Below the pieces are notes generated by a model. That model made no database searches, was not told the origin of the DNA, and saw only the letters and a program-made list of their open reading frames with translations. DNA of 64,000 nucleotides from Gracilinanus agilis. Taxonomy: Eukaryota. Of the stretch, positions 22,684 to 35,540 are shown one piece after another. The stretch covers positions 172,418,514 to 172,482,513 of the forward strand of contig NC_058133.1 in the NCBI RefSeq assembly GCF_016433145.1, given 5' to 3'. Position 1 is the stretch's first letter. Each line of letters opens with the position of its first letter. A program made the position numbers and the translations under genes.

Positions 22684-24862
22684 CTGTATAAAGAAAGAAA
22701 AATAAATATGAATGTAAATGATGACTAAATATGGACAATAGCATTATCAAAAACAGGGTGAAGGATTTCTTTATTTTACCTGGCTGTTCCCTGGAAAGGT
22801 CCATAATGGAAAATGATCCTACACTTGCTGTCCTTCCTGTGGTCTTCACTACTTTTCTTATCTGTACTTAGCTTCTCTGAACTGACACTGTTACTGCTCC
22901 CTTCACTGTAGTACAGTAGTAGTATTAAAAGACAAATATAAAATCAAAGCCTCACAAATCTTTAGCTATAAGAAGGTATAAAAATTAAGCTAAATCTGTT
23001 TTGAACTAAGAGATATAGGTCAAACCCTATTACAGTGAACTCTAAGATATTCTTCAAATTTATTAGTAGTACTATAATAATGTAACAACAATTGCTTAGA
23101 ATAAGGAGGTCACTAGCTAAGGGTTCTTACAAGTCTAAGTTATAATAAGAGTTTTTTGTAATGGAATTTGACCTTACTTCAGTGCTTTAAAATAGTAAAC
23201 TAATGCATTTCAAGAATTCAATGATACTGAGATAATCTAAAATAGAATTAAGATTATATCTTTCTACAAAAAAACTTGTGATTAAGTATGAAAAAGTTAC
23301 AGTTAATACTAAGATAAGCAGTAGGTAGTTAATAAGAATTATCATCAAGCCAAAGGGGCTTGAAATATCATTATTTTAAGCATTACATTTTTCTACTTAA
23401 ATATTATACATCAAAATATTAACTAAAAAGTTTCATATCAGTTTTTTTTTTTAAATCACAGTTTTAAAATTAGTCCAATAGTTATATCTACCTAGGAAGA
23501 AACTTAAAAGTAGCTATAAGTCAAAGGAGTATCAATGAGACTGTGACAGTTTATAAGTTCTTTATCTTCAACCATATCATATCTAGATTTTATTTATGAT
23601 CTGCTTTAAGTTATGTAATAATAGATTTAGGTGGATTTAAAACATATTTAGGTCTATCTGTTTAGTAATCAAATGGGTTTGGTTGGCACCTAAAAAACAT
23701 GTACACATGTTTTTTAAATACAACTAGAATACCCTGAAGGCCTGACTTCTAAACTCAAACTATACACACTGGATTGCAAAACAATTTTGGTTATCTGGCC
23801 ACTCATGCAGAAGCTATTTATCTAAGCAGAAAATTTCACCAGAAAGCATAGTTTTCCTCAGAGGGTAAGAAAAAAAATTAACAAAAACAACAGGCATATA
23901 AAGTGAGTGGTGCATTTATTTCATTAAAAAAAAATCCTTACCTTCTGTCTTATAATCAATACTATTGGCTCCAAGGCAGAAGAGTGGTAAGGGCTAGGTA
24001 ATTGGAATTAAGTGACTTGCCCAGGGTCACAGAGCTAGAAGTAATTTGATTCTTTCTTACAATATAATAAAAGAATGCACTCAAGGTTAAATCAAGAATG
24101 AATTAAAACTGATTATAAAACTCTAATCCAGTTTCTTTTAATGCTGACATCTTTAACAAGAACAGTGATAGTAATTATACTCCTTTCTTGACATAACTTG
24201 GATTTTCAAAGATGTAAGAAATAGCCTGACTTTAATTTATATTCCATCTTAGATAAACAGGAGCCACTTTCCAATAACTATATCCAATAACTATATTCCT
24301 AAATGACTGTACCCTAGGATTTGAGAGATCATGGAAGGGGGTTCTAGGGAATAAGTAGAAAATTAGGCCTATGTCCATAGAACTAATTTCTGAAAATGAC
24401 TCAGTGGTGATCTGATTATCGGAAGGGGCAGCCTTGAATTATTATGTACTGCTTATTAACTTGGAAGAATGGCGTACATATAAAAGTTGGGTTGTTATAA
24501 CGATTAAAGGAAACAAACATTTATACATTTATACTTAAAGCTATTGCCATGATTCAAAATGGTCAGAGAAACATTCTTATTCTTACTGGTTAAAATAAAA
24601 TTAATAACATAATTAAACTATGGATCAATTCTCTCCCCCAAAACTTTAAGTTCTAATGCAAAAATATACTTTATAATCATGTGCGTTCAAAATATCAAGG
24701 CAAAAAGTCTTAGAAGTATCATATTCAGATTGACATTTTTGGAAAACATATAATCAACTGTGACGAAATTTGTGGTTTTTTTTAGTAACTGACCACTGAA
24801 ATGAACCAATACTTATAATTTTAACAATGATAAATAGCATCTTTGTGTTCAACCAAACTTAC

Positions 24863-24961
24863 CCCAAGGGTTTTGGTTTGTGTGTATCTAAGGAGTGCAA
24901 CTGACATCTCTTGTTCTTCTTACTTTTTGGAATTGCATCTATCATGTCATTTAGTTTGGAC
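24863..24961 (-). CDS. GGNBP2: GGNBP2 exon 5
   Basis: SKLNDMIDAIPKSKKNKRCQLHSLDTHKPKPL(G); 99 nt, phase 2-2. Confidence 0.97.
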
Positions 24962-25801
24962 CTATATAAAAACAAATATATCAAGGTTTACTCAGATATT
25001 GAAGACTATACCATTGCATATAGGATCTATGAATCACACAATATAAAGTTAAAACTATTAGATGAGTTTTTATTAATGCAAATTTCTCTTCTAAAGAGTG
25101 TAATCATCTTAGTCTTTGCCCTCATGATGATAATAGCTAGCAATCATATAGCTCTTTACATATATTATGTCATTTAGTCCTTCCAACAATCCTATAGATA
25201 ATATAGTTATCCCTATTTTACAGATGAGAAACCCAGAGAGGGTTAAATAAATGAATTGCCCAGGGTCACAAAGCCAGTAGGTGTCGGGAGAAGACCAGGC
25301 TCTGAGGCTGGCTCCCTATCTACTATTGTACACACACACATTCTTAACATTTTTTTGTATCACAGAACTCCTTTGTCAGTCTAGTATCACTTATAAGCAA
25401 ACATTTTAAGCAAATAAAATTAAATAAAAATAGGACTACAAAGAAGATTTATACTAAAATGCAATTCTTAAAATATTTAAAAAAAACCTAGGATTTCCTG
25501 CACTATATCAAAATATATATACTACTTATATATATATATAGAGAGAGATTTTTTTCTTAATATAAAGAGCATTATCATATGTAGTCACCTGTCAAGTCTA
25601 AAGATTTGTCTTCCCAAAGCTATGCCCCCCAAACCTAGTAAAAAATGTCTACTATGCTAAGGATTCTTTTGACAATCCAATCATTTCGCCACACTGGGAG
25701 ACAATGACAAGCTTCTTATGCAAATTTGAAATATTTTATCCATTCTCTGAAATTGTTAAAAATCACAATTTAAACGTGCTATTTTTCTTTGTTTGACTTA
25801 C

Positions 25802-26055
25802 CCATGCACATAAAATAACGTATAAAGCTTCTTTGCATCAGTCATACAGCTTCGAGTAACAGAAAGGACTCCCTTGGGCCCTACAGTAAGAGGCTCAAGG
25901 GCAGGATTTCCCGACTCTACAAGCTGGGAAAAGAGGCGCTCCACACTGCGACGACAACCAACACATGGGACAAGCTGAGAAAGTGCACTCAAGACTTCAC
26001 GCGATGTCACCATCATGGCAATATTCAGATCTTGCTGCTTAAGCATGCTATGTCG
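25802..26055 (-). CDS. GGNBP2: GGNBP2 exon 4
   Basis: RHSMLKQQDLNIAMMVTSREVLSALSQLVPCVGCRRSVERLF...LFYVH(G); 254 nt. Confidence 0.97.
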
Positions 26056-26228
26056 CTGAGAGCAAAAGGGAAAGCAAAAATGAAAATAAGCCCTTCAAAA
26101 ATGTAACTAATAGAAGTAACACTGCTGAATGGAATACCTATATATTGATACCTCTAACAGCATGTTTTCAAAATAACATATCTTACTGCTCAAGAAAAAA
26201 GAAAAAAAAAGATTTGATATTTTAAAAA

Positions 26229-26418
26229 ATCCTTACTTTCCATCTTAGAATTGATACTGTATGTTGGTTCCAAGGTAGAAGAATGATAAGGGCTGGGCAA
26301 TGGAGGTTAAGTGACTTGCCCAGGGTCACACAGCTTGGAAGTATCTGATGCCAAATCCGAACCCAGGACCTCCCTTCTGTAGGCCTGCTCTCAATTCACT
26401 GAGTCACCTAGCTGCCCC
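26229..26418 (-). mobile_element. SINE1_Mdo/MAR-like SINE
   Basis: Antisense head ...CACTGAGTCACCTAGCTGCCCC and CORE AAGTGACTTGCCCAGGGTCACACAG. Confidence 0.8.
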
Positions 26419-27547
26419 AACTAACTGAAGTTTTAAAATAAAAATTCAAGTGAATTGCAAGTTTAATATATTTTAATATTTCTCCAGTAGATGATGCTAA
26501 AGTGGGAAAGAAGGGAATAAAATTCACTGATAATATGTATAGATTAGTGGATTCCAAAAAGTGGCATGACCCCAAAGAGTCTGTGAACAATCAACTGTAG
26601 GGTGGGGAGATGAATCACATCCTATCCCTCCGAAATAGCCAATCATGGGGCTTCATCTTTAAAACAACATATGTATCATTAAATCATTACTCTCCTACAA
26701 GACTCTCATTCCCTTATGAAAGTGTACATTTTCCTAAACTTTCCCTTTTTAAGCCAAGTATTGGTCCCTCAGGGCATATAACCCTCACCACGCAACTGTC
26801 TGTAGTCTGCACTAGAAAACTAGATATTCCCCATCCCCTCAACAAACCCACCAGAAAAAAAAAATTACTAATGGGTAGGAAAGCAAAAAAGCTTGGAGAC
26901 TATTGCTATAGAGCAATATAGAAACAGTATTATTACTTGTTCCCTGTAATGAAGCATTTGCTCTTGCAAATTGTTATCTACATTACTTATATTACAATAT
27001 CTATTGTCCTCAGTTTAAAAAAGCTATGAAAAGGAATGGAGATTAAAATTAAGTCAATCAATTGTTAAAAAAAACTCTCAATTCATACTTGCATTCAAGT
27101 TTTCATTCATAATTTTTGGAAACTTTTGTGAATTAAGATTTGTAATGCAAGATAACTTGCTTTTTGTTAGATCAGTTCAATATACAATGTCATTCTCATT
27201 TCTATTTCTACATCTGTTTTCTATTCAAAGTGAAATGCCCAGAAAACTAAAAATTTCTTTAGCCTTTCATATTAGTACCAAAAACCTGACCATATATTTT
27301 GTCTGTTCCCTCCCCCAAAAGACAAACACAAAGACAACAAATTATATTTAGAAATTTCAAGTCTTAAATATAATTTCCTTTCCATAATGGTATCACCTCT
27401 GACCATTCACTTTCAATCAAAGACTGGTGGATAAATTAAAAACTACAAAATTAATACAACTTACCCAGTTATATCAAATAAATTAATTTAACAAGTTAAA
27501 GAGTTATATTTAGTAAATATCTAATGCAATAATATTTGAGACTTTAC

Positions 27548-27628
27548 CTGAATGAACTGCTTTAGTTGTGCACCGTTATTCTGATGCCCATCAAGATTTA
27601 GCACATTATCAGGAAATTCCATCACCAT
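27548..27628 (-). CDS. GGNBP2: GGNBP2 exon 3
   Basis: MVMEFPDNVLNLDGHQNNGAQLKQFIQ; AAG acceptor after a (GTTTTT)n tract, GTAAAG donor; 81 nt. Confidence 0.97.
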
Positions 27629-30600
27629 CTTAAAATAAAAATAAAAACAAAAACAAAAACAAAAAACATTCAAACCAAAATTCTTTCCCTATCCTAAAAC
27701 ATACAAAGCAATTTTTATTCATTCATGAGCTGAATGCTAATATTTAAAGCAGATTTGCATGAATGGAATACCAACAAGAGTATGTTACTCAGCCATGTCC
27801 TACTTGGATGCCTCAGAAAGGTGTAGTAGTAACTTTGGGTCCTCTCTGGCCATATTAACAAAAATGTAAACTCTAGAAGGCCTTAAAGAAATTACAATCT
27901 AGATCGGTAGAAACAATATCCATAGTGAAAAAAATCAGAGACTCCTAGTTCTTCTTAAGAGAGAGGATCAAGTTTTATCTAAGCTGTCTTCTCCAAACAT
28001 TGGGAACAGAATAAGCACTTAATTTTGTGAAAGAATAAGATAGTCATATTAACATAGATAACTATCAACAACACATATCCATCAGAAACTTCCTTGCAAA
28101 CAGATTTTAAAAAGAGCAAGCAAAAAGATGCAGGCCAGGACTTTACATAAGAGTTATGGTATGAAATGGTCACCATTAAATATTAATTAATTAAATATGA
28201 AACCAGGAGTCCTCGAATAGAAGAGTAGAAGGAAGAACCATAACAATGATTTCTGTTAGGGAAATCTGCCATATAACCTGTGCAAGAGAGAGGGGGAAAA
28301 GAGCAGGTTCTGGGGAGAACCTGCCAAAGTGAAAGTCAAGTGACCCTTGACAGTACCCAGAAAAAAAAGAAGCTTTCTGGGATTATCAACACTAGAGTTG
28401 GAAGGAACCTCGTAAGTCACTGTCTTAACTCTCTCATTTTATAGATAAGAATCCAGAAGCCAAAGGAAGTTAAATGCCTCAGCCAAGGACACATTGCTAA
28501 TAAGCAACAGAGCAAGGATTTAAATCCAGGCTGACTACCAATTCAATGTTCTTTCCATTAAACCATGCATACTGTCTTCTCTATTCCTACATTATTTCTG
28601 AGGGACTCCTAACCCTTCTAATTTTTCCACCTTTCCCTGACTGATACTCCTTTCATTTAAGAAAATTAATTTAATTAAAAAGGCACATCCATTTTACAAT
28701 TAATTACTTGGCCTAAAATGCAAACGCCATGTGAGGTAACCCAATGAATGTCTACTAACAATTACAATAATTATGAGTGGTATGAATGTGAAGAAGAAAG
28801 AGCTCTAGTTACTGAAGGGGAAACAGGGGTGAGGGAACAAAAATTATCTGTTAGCCCTGTTTTCTTTCACCTGGGTAGCTTCCAAGAATAAATCCAACTA
28901 ACTTCTGTCATTGACCACAAAAGCAAGCTGCTGTACTATCTTAATTTGATTTCTTTTTAATTTCTAGTGAAGGAACTCATTTGAGAAGGATTCAATTAGG
29001 TAAGGTATTTATATATAGTACTGTTCTTCAGTTTTCTAAGATAGCATTAAAGTAATCACTGTTTCTTTAAGAAGATCTACATGTAAATAAGATGCTAATT
29101 TTACAAGCAAAATAATTCAATATCATTAAAAAAAATCATGTCCACTACATGCATTACCAAGTTCCTTCCTAGTCTTAACTTTTTGAAAGACCAGTGCTAC
29201 ACCTCCTTATATATATTAGTCTCATATGGTAAAATCTAAATCACACAGGAACTGATTATGATCAATCTTTTTTATTTGTTTCTAGTTCTCCCCAGTAGCC
29301 AGTCTACACTTTTACTAGGGTATTAAAGTAGCAAAATAAAGGCAAATTTAGGTTATCTTAATTTGTATAATGCAACTTTAAATGGTTTGGTGAGGGAAGA
29401 CAGTTAATCCCCAAACCTTACTTTAACCAGGAATTTTCAATTATAATACTTCTATTTCTTTTATCATGGGCTGAACTCAAGCTCAAATTCTATTCCAATT
29501 GAGCCATTAAATAATAATCTGGTTATTAAATGATCTTAGCTGATAAGAAAAGCCCAAGATTATATATACTAGTCATTAAGGTTTGATTTTATAAATAAAA
29601 ATAATTTTAATTAGCAATTAATTAGGCATGTGGGCAAATCTTTGGAGCTATGAAATTCAATAGAAGCAACACGCCATCTCATACCTGACTACTTAAGCAA
29701 AGTACTTGCAATCTGTATCCTTCAACTACCTGAGAAATATTACCATGTTATGTTGTAATTGGACATTACACTATACTATGATTTAAATCCAATTACACAA
29801 AATTTATTAGCAGTTCATTATTTACACTGTTTTCAGTCAGTCATCAAGCATTTATTAAGAACTCAAAATAGCAATCTTGGAAGACTTGGAGTTATTTTTT
29901 AAAAAGACACATACTTGAAGATCCAGTGTATGAGGTCCCAAGTTCTGACTATATAACTGTGATTTTTCCTTTCTTCTAATAATGTTTAGCTGTCTTATGA
30001 AAGCACAACAAAAGAAAATACTTAATATACTATAGACTTCAATGCTTAACAGAACATTTATTCAGAAGAAGCTCACAAGAAGTATTTATTAATCATATAC
30101 TGTGCTAATTAAGCCTAGATATAAAGGAGTTTGGGAATGAGCTCATCAAAAGCTCATAGTCTAATGGGGAAGACAACATCCAAATGACCATGTACAAACA
30201 AAGACATAGGACAAAAATGAATCTAATTTTAGAGGGAAGGCATTATAGTTATTATTATACCCTTGCTTTATGCAACTTTACGTTAGGTTATAGATCAAGT
30301 TATTATGCCACCAATAATTTTGCCAGTCTTGAAATGGGCAGTCTAAGCAATGGATAATTTCCCTTGCAGTAGTTTTATGCCATTTTTGTTAAATACTTAG
30401 CATTCATGTACTAAATAAGTTCTAATACATACCTTTGCAGCATTTTGGCCACACTCTACATACTATTAAGAGGAAAAGATGGCATTTTGTTTTCTCTTCT
30501 TTCAAATCACTTCTTAGATGATCTAAACTGTTATTACCAGATATTCTGTATATGGAATGATCTAAAGATAGATTAGATGCTGTCCTCCTTAGGGTTGCCA

Positions 30601-31360
30601 TGAGGATCAAATGAAATCCTTGTAAAGCATAGTGCCTGAAATTTGTAGGTGCTTAATGCTTGTTCCCTTCCTTTGTTCTTAGATTATTCCCCTGCTGTTC
30701 TACCAGCAAGTAAAAATATATTTATCCAAATCATTTTCATTTGTATTCCACTAAAAGGAACCCTGGGCCTTGCCATTCCTTTATTCCTCTCCTGCATATG
30801 TGTTATCCTCCCCCACTCCTCTTCCCCAATTAGTGGTGAGCTCCTTGAGGAAAAGAGTCTGTCTTACTTTTTCTATTTGTTTCTACTCTACTTAGCACAC
30901 AGTAAGTGCCTAATGTTTTTTCATTCACTCTGAATTTCTACTTCTTTCACCTTTCATTTGCAACATCTCTTTTGTAAGATGTATTCCAATGCTATAAAAA
31001 TCAAAACTCCAAAGAGAAAACATGAAACCACATACCTTTTAATAGCACACTAAATCTCCAAGTAGATATTATTATATACTAAGTCCAAAGTTTCTTTTTG
31101 GTAAATTTAAATATGCCACCTTCCCAAAGGTTTCACTAAAATACAAACCTGTGTTCCTGGAATTTCCTAAATTTGTAATTTTAACAATATAAAGTAGTAG
31201 CATGTTAATGCAGACTAACCTCTGTTTTTTTAAGTAATCTAGAATATTAATTTTTAGGATTCCTCCTCAAGTAAGACAAAAATGTCTATATATTTACAGC
31301 ATTGGATTTAAACATTCAAAGTGATTTTCCTAAATCTGGCACACTCTTACTACTGTAGTA

Positions 31361-31420
31361 CAAGGGCCTCCTAATGCTGAAGGTTACATATTTGTAACCT
31401 TCAGCATTAGGAGGCCCTTG
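31361..31420. repeat. Perfect 28-bp inverted repeat with a 4-nt loop
   Basis: CAAGGGCCTCCTAATGCTGAAGGTTACA - TATT - TGTAACCTTCAGCATTAGGAGGCCCTTG. Confidence 0.97.
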
Positions 31421-34234
31421 CACTTTTTAGTAGTACCTAAGGTTACTAAAGACTTCAAGGGTTAAGAGACTCTAGAAAGGGTTAAGATAGACTTAATAGA
31501 TTTTAGTCTAACTGCTAACAAAAATCCATTTTTATGAGCTATGAGTATTTCATATTGTTAGAGGAAAGTTAGTTTTTGCTCTTGTTTCAAGTACAAACAC
31601 TAAATGTGAACCCAACACTATTAAACAAATCCAACTGTAGCTCCTTTCTATTTCAATCTCCAGTCTGACTGATATAGATATCCACTAGATAGATTTTAAT
31701 TTAGCTGACAAAAATCACTTTTTTAAAAGCTCTATAAGTACTTCATATTGGTTTCTAAAAAATGTCTAAAATTGTATAATTTCGCCCCACCTCCCCAATC
31801 CGTAGTTATTGGCTTCCTAGATCATAAGCATGTCAGGAGTAGAATCCACTAAGCACATGGCTACCCAAGAAGCAATCAATAATGAGATGACTATTAGAAA
31901 TGCACAATGCTTTCCCAGAGAACATACTTTACTCAAGACTTTATCAAATGAATAAAGGGAACCAAAGCTCAAACTCAATTAAAGAGTCACTAAACCCATT
32001 CACAAAGTCCTATCAACGCCTCTTTCAAAGGGACCATTTTAGGGTTTGTCCCCACCCCTAGGCAACAGGTAACTGACTTGGCAGTTTCTCTTCACAGATT
32101 AGGGAGGAAGGGTTCTGCAAGAAATTTTTTTCTTCCATTATGTTATATGAGGGAAAAATATTTCACTAAAAAATATTTAGCAATTAAAATGTTAAACTCC
32201 TAAAGGAGTTCAATCTCCTAAATGACTTTTACATTTTTAAAGGCACATTTTTTCCAACATAAAATGCTTTTCTTTAAAGAAATATTCTTTTTCCTAATTC
32301 CAAATGTTCTTAATTCAAGAACCAATATAAAACCTAGAAGCGGGAAAAAGTCGATTTAAAGTTATTTAAGAAGTAAAAAATGTTCAGGATGTAGGGAGGG
32401 AAAAGCTTCTTGCAAAAAGCAAAATTTTAAATCATCACTGACATATGCTTATTATGCATCCTCAAATACTATCTTCAACTGTTGAGATATTGGCATATCA
32501 TTCCTCATTAGGAGCTAAAGTAAAAATGAGGACCTGGAAGACTGACTGCCTCATACAATCTTCCTTTACAATCAATCTCCTTTCCCTCCTCTTTATTCTG
32601 TGGTAGGAATTTTTTAACTTTAAATTCAGAGGGGAAGGGTTATTTTGGGATAAACAAAAAGAGTTAGAAATATAAACACACTGTTTGCATAAGAAAGTGG
32701 TGAAGGGAATAGGAATTCATTATTCCAACCTAAAGGATCATTTAAAATGTTATGGATTCAATATTAATTTTTTCTATTAAAAATGAAATTTCCCTAGACT
32801 TTTGATGTAGAAGGTAAAAAAAGGCACTCAGAACATAAATCTATTTTCTATTAAACAGAAATAAAATTACTTCATTTTTTTCTTAAGGAAAAGTAACCAG
32901 ACTAATTATAGCTTTTGGCTTCAATCATTCCAACAAATTACCCAGTTAACTCATTCACATTTTTCAATTTTCAGCAGAAGTACTGCACCTCAATCCAATC
33001 TTGACACTGGCCAACAAGAGTAACATCTCTAACAATGACTTGCATTTTAACAGCTATTGTAAATTTTAGGTGCCTTATTTTTCACAGCTGCATATAAAAC
33101 CAACAGGACAAATGGGTTTGAAACACACAAACCTTTGTTTTGAAAACAAGTTTATCTTCAAATCTAGTACTAAACTCCAATAAACTTATGCACACTTCAG
33201 GATACACAAAAACAGATTTCAAAAGATAAGAGAAAAAAATGTTGATCAGAGATCTTTAAAAATAGTGACAAGCATCTGCACTCTTTATTTCCTGTTAAGA
33301 TTCAATTGCAAGTTTTTGCCATTTCCTCCAAAAGGAAACACCTTTTTTTCATATACTATAGTTTAAAAGAGCCAGATAATATTGTAAAACTATTAACTCT
33401 TGGAAGGAAAGCCACTCAGAACTGTAAACCACTGGGCACAGGAAGCTGAAATTCTAGGGTGGGTGGGGGTGTGGGGGGGGTGTTTTTACTGGTTGATACC
33501 TTTAAAAAAGGTTCTAAATAAAAAGAACACAACGATTTTAAAAAAAATGTTAGAAACATCTATTTGAGGAGAATCAGCTTAGTGAAATAAATCATTTCCC
33601 ACGGAGCTTCTTCAATGGGTTAAACTGTTCAGAAAATAAAGACAGCTCCCCGGCCAGGATAAAGAATTAAAAATAAGGTAGAGCTAAATAAAAATAAGTC
33701 TTTTGAAACTGTTACTGAATGCCTAAGCATGCCAGTAAACTTCAGTATTTAAGATATCCTGTCTGTACAGTGTCGCATATATTGAAATACAAACACCCAG
33801 CTAGCAGTAACCCAGCTGTGACAGTTGCAGATAACCATTAAGTCTCCTTAGGGGTGGCTGGTTTCAGAAAGACATAGGCCCTAAAATGCCCACAGCTCTG
33901 GCGTTCCTGTGACAAGGCGTCTGCTCTGCCCAGGGGCATATTTCCTGGAGTGGAACAAGCCCATCAGGGGTGGAGAGGTGGGAAAGCCTAGCGAAAATCG
34001 GTGAGGGGGCTAAGGGCCGCCCTGCCCAACCAAGGGGCAGCGAGTGTGAGTGTCGGGCCTGCGGAGAGGGAAGGCCGGGCCTAATGAGTTGCAACACCCT
34101 CGTCTTTCTCCAGTGCGCAGCTCTCGGGCTGGGGGAGGGGGAGAGGGGGGGAACAGCTGCCAAGACGACGGAGGGAGAGTAAAGGAGGAGAGAGGCGAGA
34201 CCAGGCCATCCCTGGCCCGGCCCGGCCCGCTCAC

Positions 34235-34327
34235 CGTGAGGGTGTCGTCTATGTAGAGGGGAATCTGCCTCCGCTCGAAGGGGAACTCCTCCTCCCCGTC
34301 TCTGCACACTGCCACCAACCGCGCCAT
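34235..34327 (-). CDS. GGNBP2: GGNBP2 exon 2 coding part (exon about 34235-34463)
   Basis: MARLVAVCRDGEEEFPFERRQIPLYIDDTLT; GTGAGC donor; acceptor TTGCAG|GCAGG at 34463. The 13 coding exons sum to 2091 nt (696 aa plus stop). Confidence 0.97.
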
Positions 34328-34337
34328 CGTCTCCGAT

Positions 34338-34450
34338 GTGGCTGCTGCTGCTGTCGCCGCCGTCACGACCGCTTCCCAGCCGCCGCCGCCGCCGCTGCCG
34401 CTGCCGCTGCCGCTACCGCCGCCGCCGCTCCTGCTGCTACTGCCGCCTCC
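34338..34450 (-). repeat. Interrupted (GGC/AGC)n trinucleotide tract in the GGNBP2 5'UTR
   Basis: On the + strand: GCCGCCGCCGCCGCTGCCGCTGCCGCTGCCGCTACCGCCGCCGCC and neighbouring GCT runs. Confidence 0.85.
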
Positions 34451-35383
34451 TCCCTGCTCCTGCCTGCAACAGCCAAACCCCGCGAGCGTAAAGCGAGGCC
34501 TCCGCGGCACGGCACATTCGCCACGGGGGGAGAGAGAGGGAAGGCCGCGCACGGACTCAGCGTTTTCCATCGCCTGATTCAACACGCGCGGAGCCAATCA
34601 GCGTCAAGAAACGCCCGAACCCGCCCTCCCTTCACCACCTCCGCACCCCCTCCTCTTCTCCTCTGCCCACGCCTTCAGCCCGGCCTCCTGTCAGGTTCGC
34701 AAGGAGGCGGAAGAGATCCGCCAGAGAGGGGGCTTCCCCAGCCAGTCAGAGCTGCTGTAGGCCCGGGCCCCGCCCGTCCCAGAGTTCAGAGGCCAGCCCC
34801 TCCTCCCTTGGCCCGGTTGTCAGGCTCCCTCAGCCCAGTCTCGGCCCCGCTCTAGCACCCGTTCTGCCCTCCCGCCTCCCGCCACCACGCGCGCCCCTTC
34901 TTCTTCTCCTGTCCTCCCCTTCCAGGCACGCCCCCGCAAACCAAGCGCGCTCCCGCCCTGTCAGTCCCCACTCCGGGCGCGGCCCCGGCTCGCCGTTGCC
35001 AAATGCAGCCCCGCCCCAGGGAGGGGTCAGACCCCCGCCCCGAACCTCAGGGGGCGCTGGGGTCGGAGTCTTCTCCATCCCCCTCTCGAAGCCCCAAGCA
35101 GGGCGGGGGCTAGAGGCGTCCCAAGTTTCGCTACCCCTGCCTCCCACCCAGCCTAGGCCCCGGCTATCCCCGCCTAGCACTCCACCCTTCTCCATTACCG
35201 GCTAACGAGGCCCGGGGCGGGGCCGGGCTGGGCTGGGCGGGAGCGCGGCTCTGAGGGCCGTTTCCTCTCCCGGGTCTGTCAGCCGCTCGCGCCGCGTGGG
35301 GAGGGAGGAGGGGAAGGGGGAGGGAGAAAGCACCGGGACAGAGGGGAGGGGCTGGGAGGGGGGGGGAGGGAAAAGACACCTAC

Positions 35384-35540
35384 CTCCCGGAGCCCCGCCC
35401 CCTCTCGCGAGATTCCCGCCAGCCAACGGCCGCGCGCGGGGTCCTCTCTTTTCGTAACCGGCCCTACCCGGCGTCCCCAACGGCCGTAGCTGTGGCTCGG
35501 TCCTCGAAACCAGGACTGCCGGTCGTGATCTTTGACCCAC
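35384..35540 (-). other. GGNBP2: Candidate GGNBP2 non-coding exon 1 (5' end approximate)
   Basis: Strong donor GAG|GTAGGT at 35384 inside the CpG island; mammalian GGNBP2 has a non-coding first exon. Confidence 0.55.

Noticed and set aside
24271-24296. 13-bp direct tandem duplication CCAATAACTATAT x2
   Set aside because: Ordinary slippage duplication in an intron with no functional context.
28303-28324. 9-bp hairpin GCAGGTTCT-GGGG-AGAACCTGC
   Set aside because: A stem this short is expected by chance in 64 kb.
34010-34597. 195-aa ORF as a longer GGNBP2 or a separate protein
   Set aside because: It is GGNBP2 exon 2 read through its acceptor and donor into flanking introns. The upstream ATG at 34570 lies outside the spliced exon, and the Gly/Ser tract is the UTR trinucleotide repeat.
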